This document shows, one piece after another, positions 33,400 to 42,907 of a DNA stretch of 58,575 nucleotides (positions within the stretch are counted from its first letter, which is position 1; each line of letters begins with the position of its first letter). A program made the position numbers and the translations under genes. Where the stretch lies: the NCBI GenBank assembly GCA_030609775.1, contig JAUWTD010000001.1, positions 1 through 58,575 on the forward strand, written 5' to 3'. The notes beneath the pieces were generated by a model. That model was not told where the DNA came from and searched no databases. It was given only the letters and a program-made list of their open reading frames with translations. The stretch is from Candidatus Altiarchaeota archaeon. Its GTDB lineage: Archaea; Altiarchaeota; Altiarchaeia; IMC4; QMZM01.

Positions 33400-34032
33400 A
33401 TTAAAAACATTAAACAATCTTTTGACTCAGGAATCATGTTTAATGTATCAACTGATGCCTGCGCTTCCAACCTACCAGGTCCATCGACATCGACATCACC
33501 GCCATCAGAATAGATTACTGTATTAATTTTAGGGTTGATGCTATTATCCCCTAAGACCTTAGCATAAAATTCCAGATACTCCAAAAATCAACAACTCCAC
33601 CCTGAAGGGTGGAGTATGAACTTACAAAGTCGGCAATTAGGCATTCATCTGCGGCTTAAAAGCCGCAGTATTCTGCCGACTTTGTAATAAATCAGAGCCA
33701 ATTTCAAACCCTCTGCGCCTGATGAATCTTAAGCCCCACCGGATCATACCAGTAAGAATAATCCCCTTCCAACTCAATAGAACCCAATCGATTCAACAGT
33801 AATGAAACCAGACGCCTGATTACTAACTAAACCCACCTCACTAGGACAACTTAACTCAAGCTTGATCTCTCTTCTCCCTTCAGTTAAGGGCACTAGAGTA
33901 GACCAGATCCACCTGATTTGTATCTTTTGTATCTTCGCCTATATCTTTGGTATCCGCGCAACCAGATAACAGAATACTTGAGGTTAACAAAACCAAACAA
34001 CAAAATAGATTAAATTCCCTTCAAGAAATCAT
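33400..34032 (-). pseudogene. Decayed lipoprotein gene interrupted by stops, frameshifts and the 100-bp element
   Basis: ATG 34032 directly after the secD stop; TGA at codon 4, then ...LLTSSILLSGCADTKD lipobox; broken frames downstream; ORF 33357-33584 is probably its 3' part. Confidence 0.5.
33587..33686. mobile_element. ~100-bp non-autonomous IS200/IS605-like palindromic element (PATE/MITE-like), copy 1
   Basis: 108 bp (33583-33690) identical to 40641-40748; hairpins ACTCCACCC-TGAA-GGGTGGAGT and CTGCGGCTT-AA-AAGCCGCAG; 14-bp inverted repeat TTACAAAGTCGGCA/TGCCGACTTTGTAA. Confidence 0.8.
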
Positions 34033-34033
34033 C

Positions 34034-35635
34034 TTAATCTTTAAGCATCTCCTCTAAAATCTTCGCATACGCAGGCCGAGTCACAAAGACACCAATCAAG
34101 ACACCTGCTATCGTCATGAAGGCAAATCCTTTAAGTGCCTGAATCGAAAACACTGGAAGCATCACAGCTATTGTTGTTGCCGCCGCAGTAAAGATGATGA
34201 AAAACGCCCTCCTGATTTGATTAAGCACACTCACAACCTTCTTTTTTTCTCCCTTACCTCTCTTTATCAGCTCATCAGTGATGACAATCTGATCATCAAC
34301 ACCAGTACCTACAGCAGCAATTATTCCTGCAATCGCAGGAAGATCAAGCTCCCAGTTTATTATCGCAGCTATTCCAAGGACGATGAGTATCTCAGAAAAT
34401 CCAGTGATTAGTGTAGGCACAACAATAAAGAGCGCCCTATACCTTAAATAGATTGCTAATGCCACAGTAAAGATTGCAATAATGCCTATTATGAAACTGT
34501 ATCCAAGGAATTTCTCACCGATAGATGCAGGAAACTCAGATTTGGATTCGACAACTGCTTTTACCGGCAGGTTCCCGGAACTAAGCAAAATCTTATTCTC
34601 CTCACTTGCCTCTATTGCCTCCTCAAGAGTTAAGGCGCTGCCAGATATCTGAGCATTATACTTACATTGAGTACATGGATCACACCGCAGATTAGGTGAC
34701 GACTTCAACCCCAATATGTCAAAAATCCATTCACCATAATCCCTATCATCCCTCGGCTTCCGCTCAGTTGAAAAATTATATTCCTCCAACTGATTCCGGA
34801 CAGCTTCAGATACCTGAACTTCATCTGCTGCAATTATTATCTTATGATAGATATTATAATCTGCTAATATTTCAGGATCCACCGTATTGTTTTCGATTAC
34901 AAGCACAGGAATCAGGGAACGGTTCTCTACTATCCTAATATAGGAATCAGACTCCATATCATCCTCATTCTCAGTTAACTCATCAAGAATATTATATGTT
35001 GCCTTATTCATGACAATAAAGGTATTTTCCGGACGATCCACAAACATGTCAATTGGCTTACCTCTCTTATCTCCTCCAACCTCGCAGAATTTTTCTCCGC
35101 CAGACCTTGTTAATCTAATAGAAACATACCAATTATAAGGGCCCCCACCACTTATACCGCTGCCCTGCGGACCAAGATCAATGCTGACATCTGATCCATG
35201 GATAGCTAATTCACCATCTATCCTCGCCTCAAACCTTGCCTGCTGCTTTAATATATTCTCAATTGCCTCAATCTCCGCAGGGGATGCGCTCGCCACCTGT
35301 ATCAAGATATAACGCTCACCCCAAGGCCTTACAGGAATATCCCTCAAACCCATAGAATTCAAACGCTTCTCTAAGATATTCTTCTCGATTTCAAGAAGAT
35401 CAGATGAAAGAGTATTATTTACAGGCTCTTCAAGCCTAAGCTGAATTTGAGTTCCCCCTGCAAAATCAAGCCCATAATCTAGGCCGTTTCCGAACCCAAT
35501 TCCCAAGGGTTCATTTGCACGCTCTTTGTTTAGTGGAACCACATTAAAGACACATACTAAGGAGATGAAAATTAAGACTGCCAGTAGGATTATCCTCCAA
35601 CTCCGTAAAAGATTCCTTATTTTAGATTCCATCAT
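34034..35635 (-). CDS. secD: Protein-export membrane protein SecD
   Basis: GLDFAGGT, LDLPAIAGIIAAVGTGVDDQIVITDE, FTAAATT.A.MLP. Confidence 0.93.
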   Translation of the reverse strand: MMESKIRNLLRSWRIILLAVLIFISLVCVFNVVPLNKERANEPLGIGFGNGLDYGLDFAGGTQIQLRLEEPVNNTLSSDLLEIEKNILEKRLNSMGLRDIPVRPWGERYILIQVASASPAEIEAIENILKQQARFEARIDGELAIHGSDVSIDLGPQGSGISGGGPYNWYVSIRLTRSGGEKFCEVGGDKRGKPIDMFVDRPENTFIVMNKATYNILDELTENEDDMESDSYIRIVENRSLIPVLVIENNTVDPEILADYNIYHKIIIAADEVQVSEAVRNQLEEYNFSTERKPRDDRDYGEWIFDILGLKSSPNLRCDPCTQCKYNAQISGSALTLEEAIEASEENKILLSSGNLPVKAVVESKSEFPASIGEKFLGYSFIIGIIAIFTVALAIYLRYRALFIVVPTLITGFSEILIVLGIAAIINWELDLPAIAGIIAAVGTGVDDQIVITDELIKRGKGEKKKVVSVLNQIRRAFFIIFTAAATTIAVMLPVFSIQALKGFAFMTIAGVLIGVFVTRPAYAKILEEMLKD

Positions 35636-36762
35636 TTATTGATTTCTCTAAGGGATTTCCGTATGTTAAGCTTACCCCCTTTCTCCTCCACATACCATTT
35701 AAGTATTCCCGCATTCATCATCCAGGTTGTTGCCAGATCACCGACTAAACCAATCAACAAAACCGATGCAATACTTGTAAGCAACGCTATCTGAAAGATA
35801 AATGTCGACACAACAAGGATAACTAACATGACAGATAGGGTTGTTCCAGTCATAGTCAAACCCGTTTTCATCGCATTATTTATGCGATCATCCACCGTAC
35901 CGGTTTTATTTCTTAATACCCTTGTCGTCAACAAGATATCTGAATCAACAGAGTAACCGACAAGCATAAGCAACGCCACAAGAGATGCCGGCTCAAGCAC
36001 AATCCCAAAGAGACTCATACCACCTAAAGCAATCAATGCATCACATGTTCCTGCAAGGAGCACTGCAAAAGAAGGAACAAAATCCCTGAACGCAAAAAAT
36101 ATTACAGAAATAATCAAAAGATACGCAACCACAACCGCACCTTTGCCCTGCTTCCAGAAGGTCGCACCAAGGATTTCGCCAACAGGCTTAATGTTTATGT
36201 TCTTCTTCTGTAACTCCAACGTAAAGTCTTCAACAAGATAAAAATCAAGCGCACTGTGAAGTTTCTGCTCATCCAAATCAAATCCATCAATCTCCAACAC
36301 ACCCAATGCTTCATCGAAACTGACATCAGCAGTAAAACGGGATGCTATCTTGTCCTGGATATCCGCAGGGACATCCCCCCCAACATCCACTACAACAGAA
36401 TCGATCTCATAGAGGCTGCCAACATAGGGTAGAATAGTTAACTTAAACACCTCCTGATCGATCTGGCTTGTTGTTATGATCGTAAGCTTGGTTTTGCTCG
36501 TCAACAAATCCTTGCCAGAATAGACCTCCAAATCCTCAAGACCTAATGATGCCAACTGCAAAGTCAACTCATCAACCTCACCAGAAGTCAATGCTTCCTC
36601 CGGCACCACCTCAATCCAGGTACCCCCCCTAAAATCAATCCCCAACGGGATCCCATGAACACAGACAAGAGCAACGGAAAGAAGAGTTAAAATTATAGGG
36701 AAAACCATAAGAGTCTTATAATTAACTCGCCTAATAAGTTGAGAATACATATCATCAAGCAT
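35632..36762 (-). CDS. secF: Protein-export membrane protein SecF
   Basis: LGIDFRGGT, A.LML.GYSVDSDILLTTR, AMKTGLTMT.T. Confidence 0.93.
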   Translation of the reverse strand: MLDDMYSQLIRRVNYKTLMVFPIILTLLSVALVCVHGIPLGIDFRGGTWIEVVPEEALTSGEVDELTLQLASLGLEDLEVYSGKDLLTSKTKLTIITTSQIDQEVFKLTILPYVGSLYEIDSVVVDVGGDVPADIQDKIASRFTADVSFDEALGVLEIDGFDLDEQKLHSALDFYLVEDFTLELQKKNINIKPVGEILGATFWKQGKGAVVVAYLLIISVIFFAFRDFVPSFAVLLAGTCDALIALGGMSLFGIVLEPASLVALLMLVGYSVDSDILLTTRVLRNKTGTVDDRINNAMKTGLTMTGTTLSVMLVILVVSTFIFQIALLTSIASVLLIGLVGDLATTWMMNAGILKWYVEEKGGKLNIRKSLREINK

Positions 36763-36836
36763 GTAAGTATTTTACAATATTTGCATAAAAATCAGACCTT
36801 AAACCAGTTTAAGTAAATCAATCCTAATTAATTGCG

Positions 36837-37304
36837 GTGTCTAAAAAAAAAATGTTTAATAAAGTAGTTATCGGAGGAACCTTTAACAAGATACATAAAG
36901 GCCATGGAAGAATCCTTAAAGCAGGCCTTACACTTGGCAGATCCACGATTATAGGTCTGACATCGGATGATTTCGCATCAAGATTCAGGATCGAAAAAAT
37001 CACTCCCTATAAGGAAAGGGAAAAAAACCTTGAAAAAATCCTGGATTCAATGGAGAAACCATACAAAATAGTTGAGATAAAAGATACATACGGTATTGCA
37101 ACAATAGACCCTGACCTTGACTGCATAGTAGTTAGCGAAGAGACCCTGCTCAGGGCAGAAGAAATAAACACAATCAGATTCAAAAAAGGCCTCGATAAAT
37201 TAACCATAGTTGTAATGCCTCTCGTGCTTGCAGACGACGGAAAACCTATCTCAGGCAGCAGGATAAACTCCGGTGAAATCAACGGCGAAGGCAAACTTAT
37301 ATAA
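36837..37304 (+). CDS. coaD: Phosphopantetheine adenylyltransferase (archaeal)
   Basis: GGTF..IHKGH, IGLTSD, IVVSEET, EIN..R...GL, DGKPISGSRI..GEI. Confidence 0.92.
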   Translation: MSKKKMFNKVVIGGTFNKIHKGHGRILKAGLTLGRSTIIGLTSDDFASRFRIEKITPYKEREKNLEKILDSMEKPYKIVEIKDTYGIATIDPDLDCIVVSEETLLRAEEINTIRFKKGLDKLTIVVMPLVLADDGKPISGSRINSGEINGEGKLI

Positions 37305-37318
37305 AGAAAGAGTATACT

Positions 37319-38026
37319 ATGAAACCTCAGCTTTCAAGGATATTGATTTTCCTTGGAATCGCCTCTATTCTATCATTCACCCTATTTTCTATCATACTCT
37401 ACGTCTTCTTTAACCCGACTGCAACAACTACAACAACTACAACATCAAATACTACAACAACCACAACAACAACCAGCACCACGACACCGACTACGACAAC
37501 AACCAGCACCACGACACCGACTACGACAACAACCAGCACCACGACATCGACCACCCGACCTATTGAATGCGGATCGAATATAGACTGCGGGGAAAAACAC
37601 TATTCTGGAACATATTTCTGCAACAAGGAGGTTATCTCACTTATGGAATGCACCCCAAAATGTGTTCACGGCATTTGCAAGGAAAAATGCGTACCCAAAC
37701 CAATAGACCAATGCGGCAGAAACGAGACATGTATACCAGGTAGAAGAGCCTGCATAAAAGATGATGAATTCGAGAATGTGTCATCCTTTATTGAGATAAG
37801 GTATGGTGAATATGCCATATCATATAAACACCAGTTCAGGTTAAACTACACAGTCTACATATCAGAATATGAGATTAGTGCAGTGCTCGTAGATGTGATA
37901 AAACCTGGTGGAAAAGAAGAGCAGACACTCATCAAATGGGAGAGGGATACAATAATAGATGACATAAAAATAGGGCTCTATGCAATAAAGAGTACATCAG
38001 TTATCCTCTGGATACAAAAAACGTAA
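37319..38026 (+). CDS. Membrane-anchored protein with long Thr stalk and Cys-rich domain
   Basis: N-terminal TM, ~45-aa Thr tract, 10-Cys region. Confidence 0.75.
   Translation: MKPQLSRILIFLGIASILSFTLFSIILYVFFNPTATTTTTTTSNTTTTTTTTSTTTPTTTTTSTTTPTTTTTSTTTSTTRPIECGSNIDCGEKHYSGTYFCNKEVISLMECTPKCVHGICKEKCVPKPIDQCGRNETCIPGRRACIKDDEFENVSSFIEIRYGEYAISYKHQFRLNYTVYISEYEISAVLVDVIKPGGKEEQTLIKWERDTIIDDIKIGLYAIKSTSVILWIQKT
37466..37551 (+). repeat. 30-bp tandem repeat, about 3 copies (TTTSTTTPTT)
   Basis: acaacaaccagcaccacgacaccgactacg repeated. Confidence 0.85.
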
Positions 38027-38072
38027 ACTATTTTAAGCATGCAGGAAAAAGAATGATATAAACAAAAAAAAA

Positions 38073-38810
38073 ATGGAAAGAGTAAAAACAGGGATAAAAG
38101 GTTTAGACGAGCTTATAGGAGGGGGCGTGCCTGAAGGTTCAAGTGTTTTGGTTGCAGGATCCTGCGGCACAGGGAAGACAATAGTTTCTTTGCAATTCTT
38201 ATACAAAGGTGCCCTTGCAGGTGAACCTGGAGTGTATGTTACCTTTGAGGAGTCAAAGAAGAAGACGATAACACAGTGCCAACAATTTGGATGGGACATA
38301 GAGGAATTAGAGAATAGAAACCTATTTGACATCTATGTTGTTGATACAGATGACTTAGATGAGGTCCTGGCCAACATAAGAAGCAAGGTAGATAAGATAA
38401 ACGCAAAGAGACTCGTCATCGACTCATTAACGATGATGATGGAACATGGCACGATATATAGGTCAAGGATATCAAAGGAAGTAGGTAAACGAGAAAAAGA
38501 AAAGGTTAAATCAAGATTCCCTATGAAAGGATTCGAAGTCACTAGAAGAGACATATACGCAGTAGTAGGTGAGATAAACAGCCTTGAAACCACATCCTTC
38601 CTAGTGTCTGAAGCAGGTGACGGAGGAGAATATATTTCAAGAGACACAATAAGCGAATTCGCATGCGATGGAGTAATCCAGTTAACCATCAATGAATTAG
38701 GCGGCGAAATAGAGAAACTTCTCTCAGTCAGAAAACTAAGAGGAACTGAAATAACCATGACTCTTTCACCTATAAATTTCACAAAAACCGGAATAGAGAT
38801 CGAGGAATAG
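38073..38810 (+). CDS. KaiC/RAD55-like RecA-superfamily ATPase (single domain)
   Basis: TGIKGLDELIGGG.P, GSCGTGKT, YVTFEE, RLVIDS, DGVI, VRKLRG. Confidence 0.9.
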   Translation: MERVKTGIKGLDELIGGGVPEGSSVLVAGSCGTGKTIVSLQFLYKGALAGEPGVYVTFEESKKKTITQCQQFGWDIEELENRNLFDIYVVDTDDLDEVLANIRSKVDKINAKRLVIDSLTMMMEHGTIYRSRISKEVGKREKEKVKSRFPMKGFEVTRRDIYAVVGEINSLETTSFLVSEAGDGGEYISRDTISEFACDGVIQLTINELGGEIEKLLSVRKLRGTEITMTLSPINFTKTGIEIEE

Positions 38811-38811
38811 G

Positions 38812-39210
38812 ATGGCAGAGGATAGATTCGATCAAATTCACAGAATCCTGAAGAGGCTTTATGACGAACACGACGACATAGACGCGTGCATGGTCGTCAG
38901 AAAAGGCATGGAAGGGGTTATTATGTTCCCTGATGATTTCATAGACAAGATCTCAACAATCTGGGATCCCTTAAATGATATAATAAACAAACTAATGGAG
39001 ATCATCTCAGATAATGTGATGTACGGAATAGAGAAAACATATATGGAGGTATTTGACTACGGCATAATATTCCATACAATATCTATGTCAGATACGTCAC
39101 TTGTTACATTCATCAGCAAAAACACAGACAATGAAACCATAGACACCCTCTCAGGAAAACTCAAAGATATTATCGAGGCCAAAAACAGAATCCAAGAGAT
39201 AATTGAATAA
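38812..39210 (+). CDS. Roadblock/LC7-like (profilin-like fold) protein
   Basis: Helix - IDACMVVRKG.EG - helix - strands - helix layout; 1 bp after the KaiC-like stop. Confidence 0.5.
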   Translation: MAEDRFDQIHRILKRLYDEHDDIDACMVVRKGMEGVIMFPDDFIDKISTIWDPLNDIINKLMEIISDNVMYGIEKTYMEVFDYGIIFHTISMSDTSLVTFISKNTDNETIDTLSGKLKDIIEAKNRIQEIIE

Positions 39211-40663
39211 AAAAAAAATGATAAATATGAAAAGACTCGTTCTTGTTCTTATATTTTTGTCTCTGATAATACCCGTATCGTCTTTTGACTACGTTGATGA
39301 AAAGAGGAATTTGCCTGCAGTAGAAAGTGAACTTATGAAGTATTTCTGCAAGGATGTAAGAAATAATAAAGAATGCAATATACCCTCTCAATGGGCTGAA
39401 GACTTCTGGGGGGTTTGCTGCGGAGGATTATGCAACAGCTTTACAAAGGATTGCAGGCATTCAGTCAACAGCGAAGTATCCCTCCTTGATGTCATGGTAA
39501 AACTACCCTGCAAAGATGCAGGCACAGGAGATAGATGTGACATACCAGACGAACTCAGCGAAAAATATAATTTATGGGGCATCTGCTGCTATAATAAATG
39601 CAATTACTGGGAGGAAGAATGCAGCGGAGGCTATGAACCAGATTATAGGAAAGACGAAATAGGCTATGATGAGAAAATACCCTCAGAAGAGGAAATCGAG
39701 AAGGGATTAAAGGTATTAGCCATATTCTCATGCGTAGGGGTAAAAGATGATGAACCATGCCAAATAGATGACAGGCACCTAACAGAAGAATTTAACCTGT
39801 TTGGAGTATGCTGCCTAGGCAAATGCCATTTCAGAAGCACAGAATGCACCCCCGAGACAAATGAAACAACACCGGATTTAGTCATAATCGGAATGGAAAT
39901 ATATCCCGGGGATTTAAGCAATACACTGCAGATAAAAGAAGTCAAAATAACAATCCAGAATCAAGGTAAAACAGCAACAACAAACAGATTCTGGATTGAA
40001 TTACTGAAAGACTATGAATCTGCACCCACCACAAAAGAGATAAAAAACACTCTTGACGCAGGTGAAGATATCATCATATCATTCTACGACCTGCAAGCAT
40101 ACAAAGAACCCGGAGAATACATACTAACAGCCACCATAGACTCAAATCCATCATCCTTAAAAGACAACCTAATCAAGGAAACAGATGAAACCAACAACAA
40201 AGCCACATTGAGGATATTTATCGGCGGAACAATCAAAACAGGAACCCAACCCAAAGAAAACACAGACACCCCACCATTGTGCGGCGATGGACACTGCGAA
40301 GAAGACGAAAAAAAAACGTGCCCTACCGACTGTGACACCCAAGAAGATGAATCCAAGGAATCACCCCTACCTGCATTAATAATCCTTGCCCTATTCTTTG
40401 CTGTTTTCACATACTTCCGAAGATTAAGGAAATCTTCTCACGACCGAAAACAACAAAAACAACAGATGAAAGAATTAATAGACGAGAAAAAAACCATAGA
40501 GGAAATGATAACACTTGCAAAGAAAAAATACCACAAAAGAAAAATAGACGAAGAAAGCTTCAAAGAAATCATTAAAGAAAACCAAAAAAGACTAATAGAA
40601 GTAGAGACAAAAATTGAGAACAAAAGAAATAATTCAATGAAAAAATCAACAACTCCACCCTGA
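39203..40663 (+). CDS. Surface protein: 3x six-Cys module, CARDB domain, CGDG.C repeat, TM, coiled coil
   Basis: Signal peptide; PDLVI...I.NQG...ETDETNN (CARDB); stop codon supplied by the inserted element. Confidence 0.8.
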   Translation: MNKKKMINMKRLVLVLIFLSLIIPVSSFDYVDEKRNLPAVESELMKYFCKDVRNNKECNIPSQWAEDFWGVCCGGLCNSFTKDCRHSVNSEVSLLDVMVKLPCKDAGTGDRCDIPDELSEKYNLWGICCYNKCNYWEEECSGGYEPDYRKDEIGYDEKIPSEEEIEKGLKVLAIFSCVGVKDDEPCQIDDRHLTEEFNLFGVCCLGKCHFRSTECTPETNETTPDLVIIGMEIYPGDLSNTLQIKEVKITIQNQGKTATTNRFWIELLKDYESAPTTKEIKNTLDAGEDIIISFYDLQAYKEPGEYILTATIDSNPSSLKDNLIKETDETNNKATLRIFIGGTIKTGTQPKENTDTPPLCGDGHCEEDEKKTCPTDCDTQEDESKESPLPALIILALFFAVFTYFRRLRKSSHDRKQQKQQMKELIDEKKTIEEMITLAKKKYHKRKIDEESFKEIIKENQKRLIEVETKIENKRNNSMKKSTTPP

Positions 40664-40744
40664 AGGGTGGAGTATGAACTTACAAAGTCGGCAATTAGGC
40701 ATTCATCTGCGGCTTAAAAGCCGCAGTATTCTGCCGACTTTGTA
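40645..40744. mobile_element. ~100-bp non-autonomous IS200/IS605-like palindromic element, copy 2
   Basis: Identical to the copy at 33587-33686; removing it restores ATG AAA AAA TAA at the end of the upstream gene. Confidence 0.82.
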
Positions 40745-40750
40745 ATAACA

Positions 40751-41839
40751 CTACTGCAACCGAGCCCTGCACAAGTATGCAGATAATATGGACGCAATAA
40801 TCAGAGCACCCACTATTGAAGAATATATTGAAAAAGTAAGGATACCCGACTCATAACCGAAGACCGCTACAATAATCCCTATAGTCATGTTGGTGTTTAA
40901 TAAAGCAGCACTATATCTTGCATTCTGTGGAAAAACAAATCTGCCTGCGATGTATGTTCCCACATACCTTGAAACAAAACACACTATAAGAAAAACCAAC
41001 AACAAAGGCAGATTCCCGATAAGCGCCAATAGATTAATCTTTAAGCCAACAGAGAAAAAAAATATCGGAGCAAAGAAACCAAAAACCATACCTCGGAGCT
41101 TCATTTCCAGATTCTCGTGCTGAACAACAATTCCCGAGGTTATCATACCCATCAAAAACGCTATCATAGCAGACTCAAAACCCGCCCGCTCAGAGACAAC
41201 TGCAACCCCCAGAATCAGGAGGAGAATGATCTTGAATTCAAATTCTGCAACATTTCCCCTATAGTGCTTAAATATCTGCCCACCCAACAAAGGAAAAACC
41301 TTGGCGAACACAAAAAGCCCGATAACAAGTAAGATGATAAACTCAGGGTGAGGGGTGAAAAACACACCCAACATAGACATGGTCATAAGCTCGGTTATCA
41401 TGGCCGCTGAAAGAATTATCATCTTGTTTTCAGTCATAGCACCAGTCTGCTTCAATATAGGATAGATTATTGCAATCGATGTCGTCGACAATGCTATTGA
41501 TGTGATAAGGGTTTGATCAATGTCCATGCCCAAAACATAATGTGAAAGAACAAAAACCGAGACAAACGGAAAGACAAAAGCAAAAGACCCTATCAACAAA
41601 CTGGGTTTAAATCTCTTTTGAAGCTGATCCAGATCAATCTCTAATCCAGCTACATACATGAGGATAAGGATCCCGATATCAGCAAGAACCGTGATGATCA
41701 CACTATCATCCAAATGCAAGAAATGCTGCGCGAGCATACCTGCAAGAAGCTCAGCTATCGCTGTTGTGAAACCCAATTCAAGGGCGATAAACCCGCTGAG
41801 TACTATAAGCGTACTCATGATAATAATCTCTTCTCTCAT
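40751..41839 (-). CDS. Cation:proton antiporter (CPA2-like)
   Basis: GI..LMY.AGLE.D, ALSTTS.AI, GFFAPIFFFSVG; 11-12 TM. Confidence 0.85.
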   Translation of the reverse strand: MREEIIIMSTLIVLSGFIALELGFTTAIAELLAGMLAQHFLHLDDSVIITVLADIGILILMYVAGLEIDLDQLQKRFKPSLLIGSFAFVFPFVSVFVLSHYVLGMDIDQTLITSIALSTTSIAIIYPILKQTGAMTENKMIILSAAMITELMTMSMLGVFFTPHPEFIILLVIGLFVFAKVFPLLGGQIFKHYRGNVAEFEFKIILLLILGVAVVSERAGFESAMIAFLMGMITSGIVVQHENLEMKLRGMVFGFFAPIFFFSVGLKINLLALIGNLPLLLVFLIVCFVSRYVGTYIAGRFVFPQNARYSAALLNTNMTIGIIVAVFGYESGILTFSIYSSIVGALIIASILSAYLCRARLQ

Positions 41840-42765
41840 TTCAGTCTCTGGATAAATGCAGTTATCATAAATGGCAGAATAAGTGTGGCATCACCATAGA
41901 TGGTCACATATTCAGCCCCTTCATTCACCTTACTCCAGGATATGGCCTCCTTAACCGTCGCCCCGGAGAGGCTGCCATCAAACTCCTGCGCAGTTGTCAC
42001 ATAGACCGCATAATCCAAACCACCCCTGAACTGATTCCACCAGATGGTATGATGCTTCGAAATCCCGCCGCCAATAATCAACGCACCAGTTTTCTTTGAC
42101 TCAAAAACAATATCAGAGAGCTTCTGCTCATCCGAAAAAAGATCAATTTTCAGGTCCCGGTGATTCTGCCAGAAAAACCATAGCTGCGATCCAACCGCAC
42201 CATCCATGACCCCGGGAACAAATATGGGTATCTTATTCTTCCACGACCAATAGATAATTGAGCTCTCCTTATTCTCTTCATCTTCCAGATGCCTTCCAAT
42301 CTCCCATATAAACTCATGGAATGAAAACTCCTTCTTCTTTGAATACACTGCCTCAATAATCGGCTGAAGTTTCTCCTCGATTACGACACCATAACTCTCA
42401 TTAGGCACCAATACATTACCAAGTCGGTTGATGCCGCTCTTATGCAGTTCACAGTCATCTAACCCAAAGCTTCCATGATAATAACTCGCCCACACCCTTG
42501 CAAGATCATGATCCAGGGTCCCTGTGGTTGTCACCACAACATCAGTTAAACCCCTTCTCACAATCTCTTTTATAATCCCCCGGGTCCCTGTAGCAATCAA
42601 ACAAGCAGGAAAAGACAAAAAACGTGTGCACTCCACCTGACTCATCCGCTCAAGTATGTCAACGCCCACACCTAATTTCTTTGCAGTGAAGCCTCCAGAC
42701 AAATACATCTCACGAACGAGCTCATCAACAGTCTCCTTTACCTCAATATCCTTAACCTGCTCCAT
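41836..42765 (-). CDS. dys: Deoxyhypusine synthase
   Basis: GINRLGNVLVP, DGAVGSQL, GGGISKHH, DGSLSGA..EAISW.K, GDAT. Confidence 0.95.
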   Translation of the reverse strand: MEQVKDIEVKETVDELVREMYLSGGFTAKKLGVGVDILERMSQVECTRFLSFPACLIATGTRGIIKEIVRRGLTDVVVTTTGTLDHDLARVWASYYHGSFGLDDCELHKSGINRLGNVLVPNESYGVVIEEKLQPIIEAVYSKKKEFSFHEFIWEIGRHLEDEENKESSIIYWSWKNKIPIFVPGVMDGAVGSQLWFFWQNHRDLKIDLFSDEQKLSDIVFESKKTGALIIGGGISKHHTIWWNQFRGGLDYAVYVTTAQEFDGSLSGATVKEAISWSKVNEGAEYVTIYGDATLILPFMITAFIQRLK

Positions 42766-42907
42766 TTATCCTACCCCACACATAGATTAAAAGAGTATCT
42801 AGAATACTATTCTAGGAGAAAACAATTATATATACCATACATTTTTTTAGACATATCCCCTTCTTCAGGATTTATATCAAGCATCTGAAATAGATAATAC
42901 TCAACAG

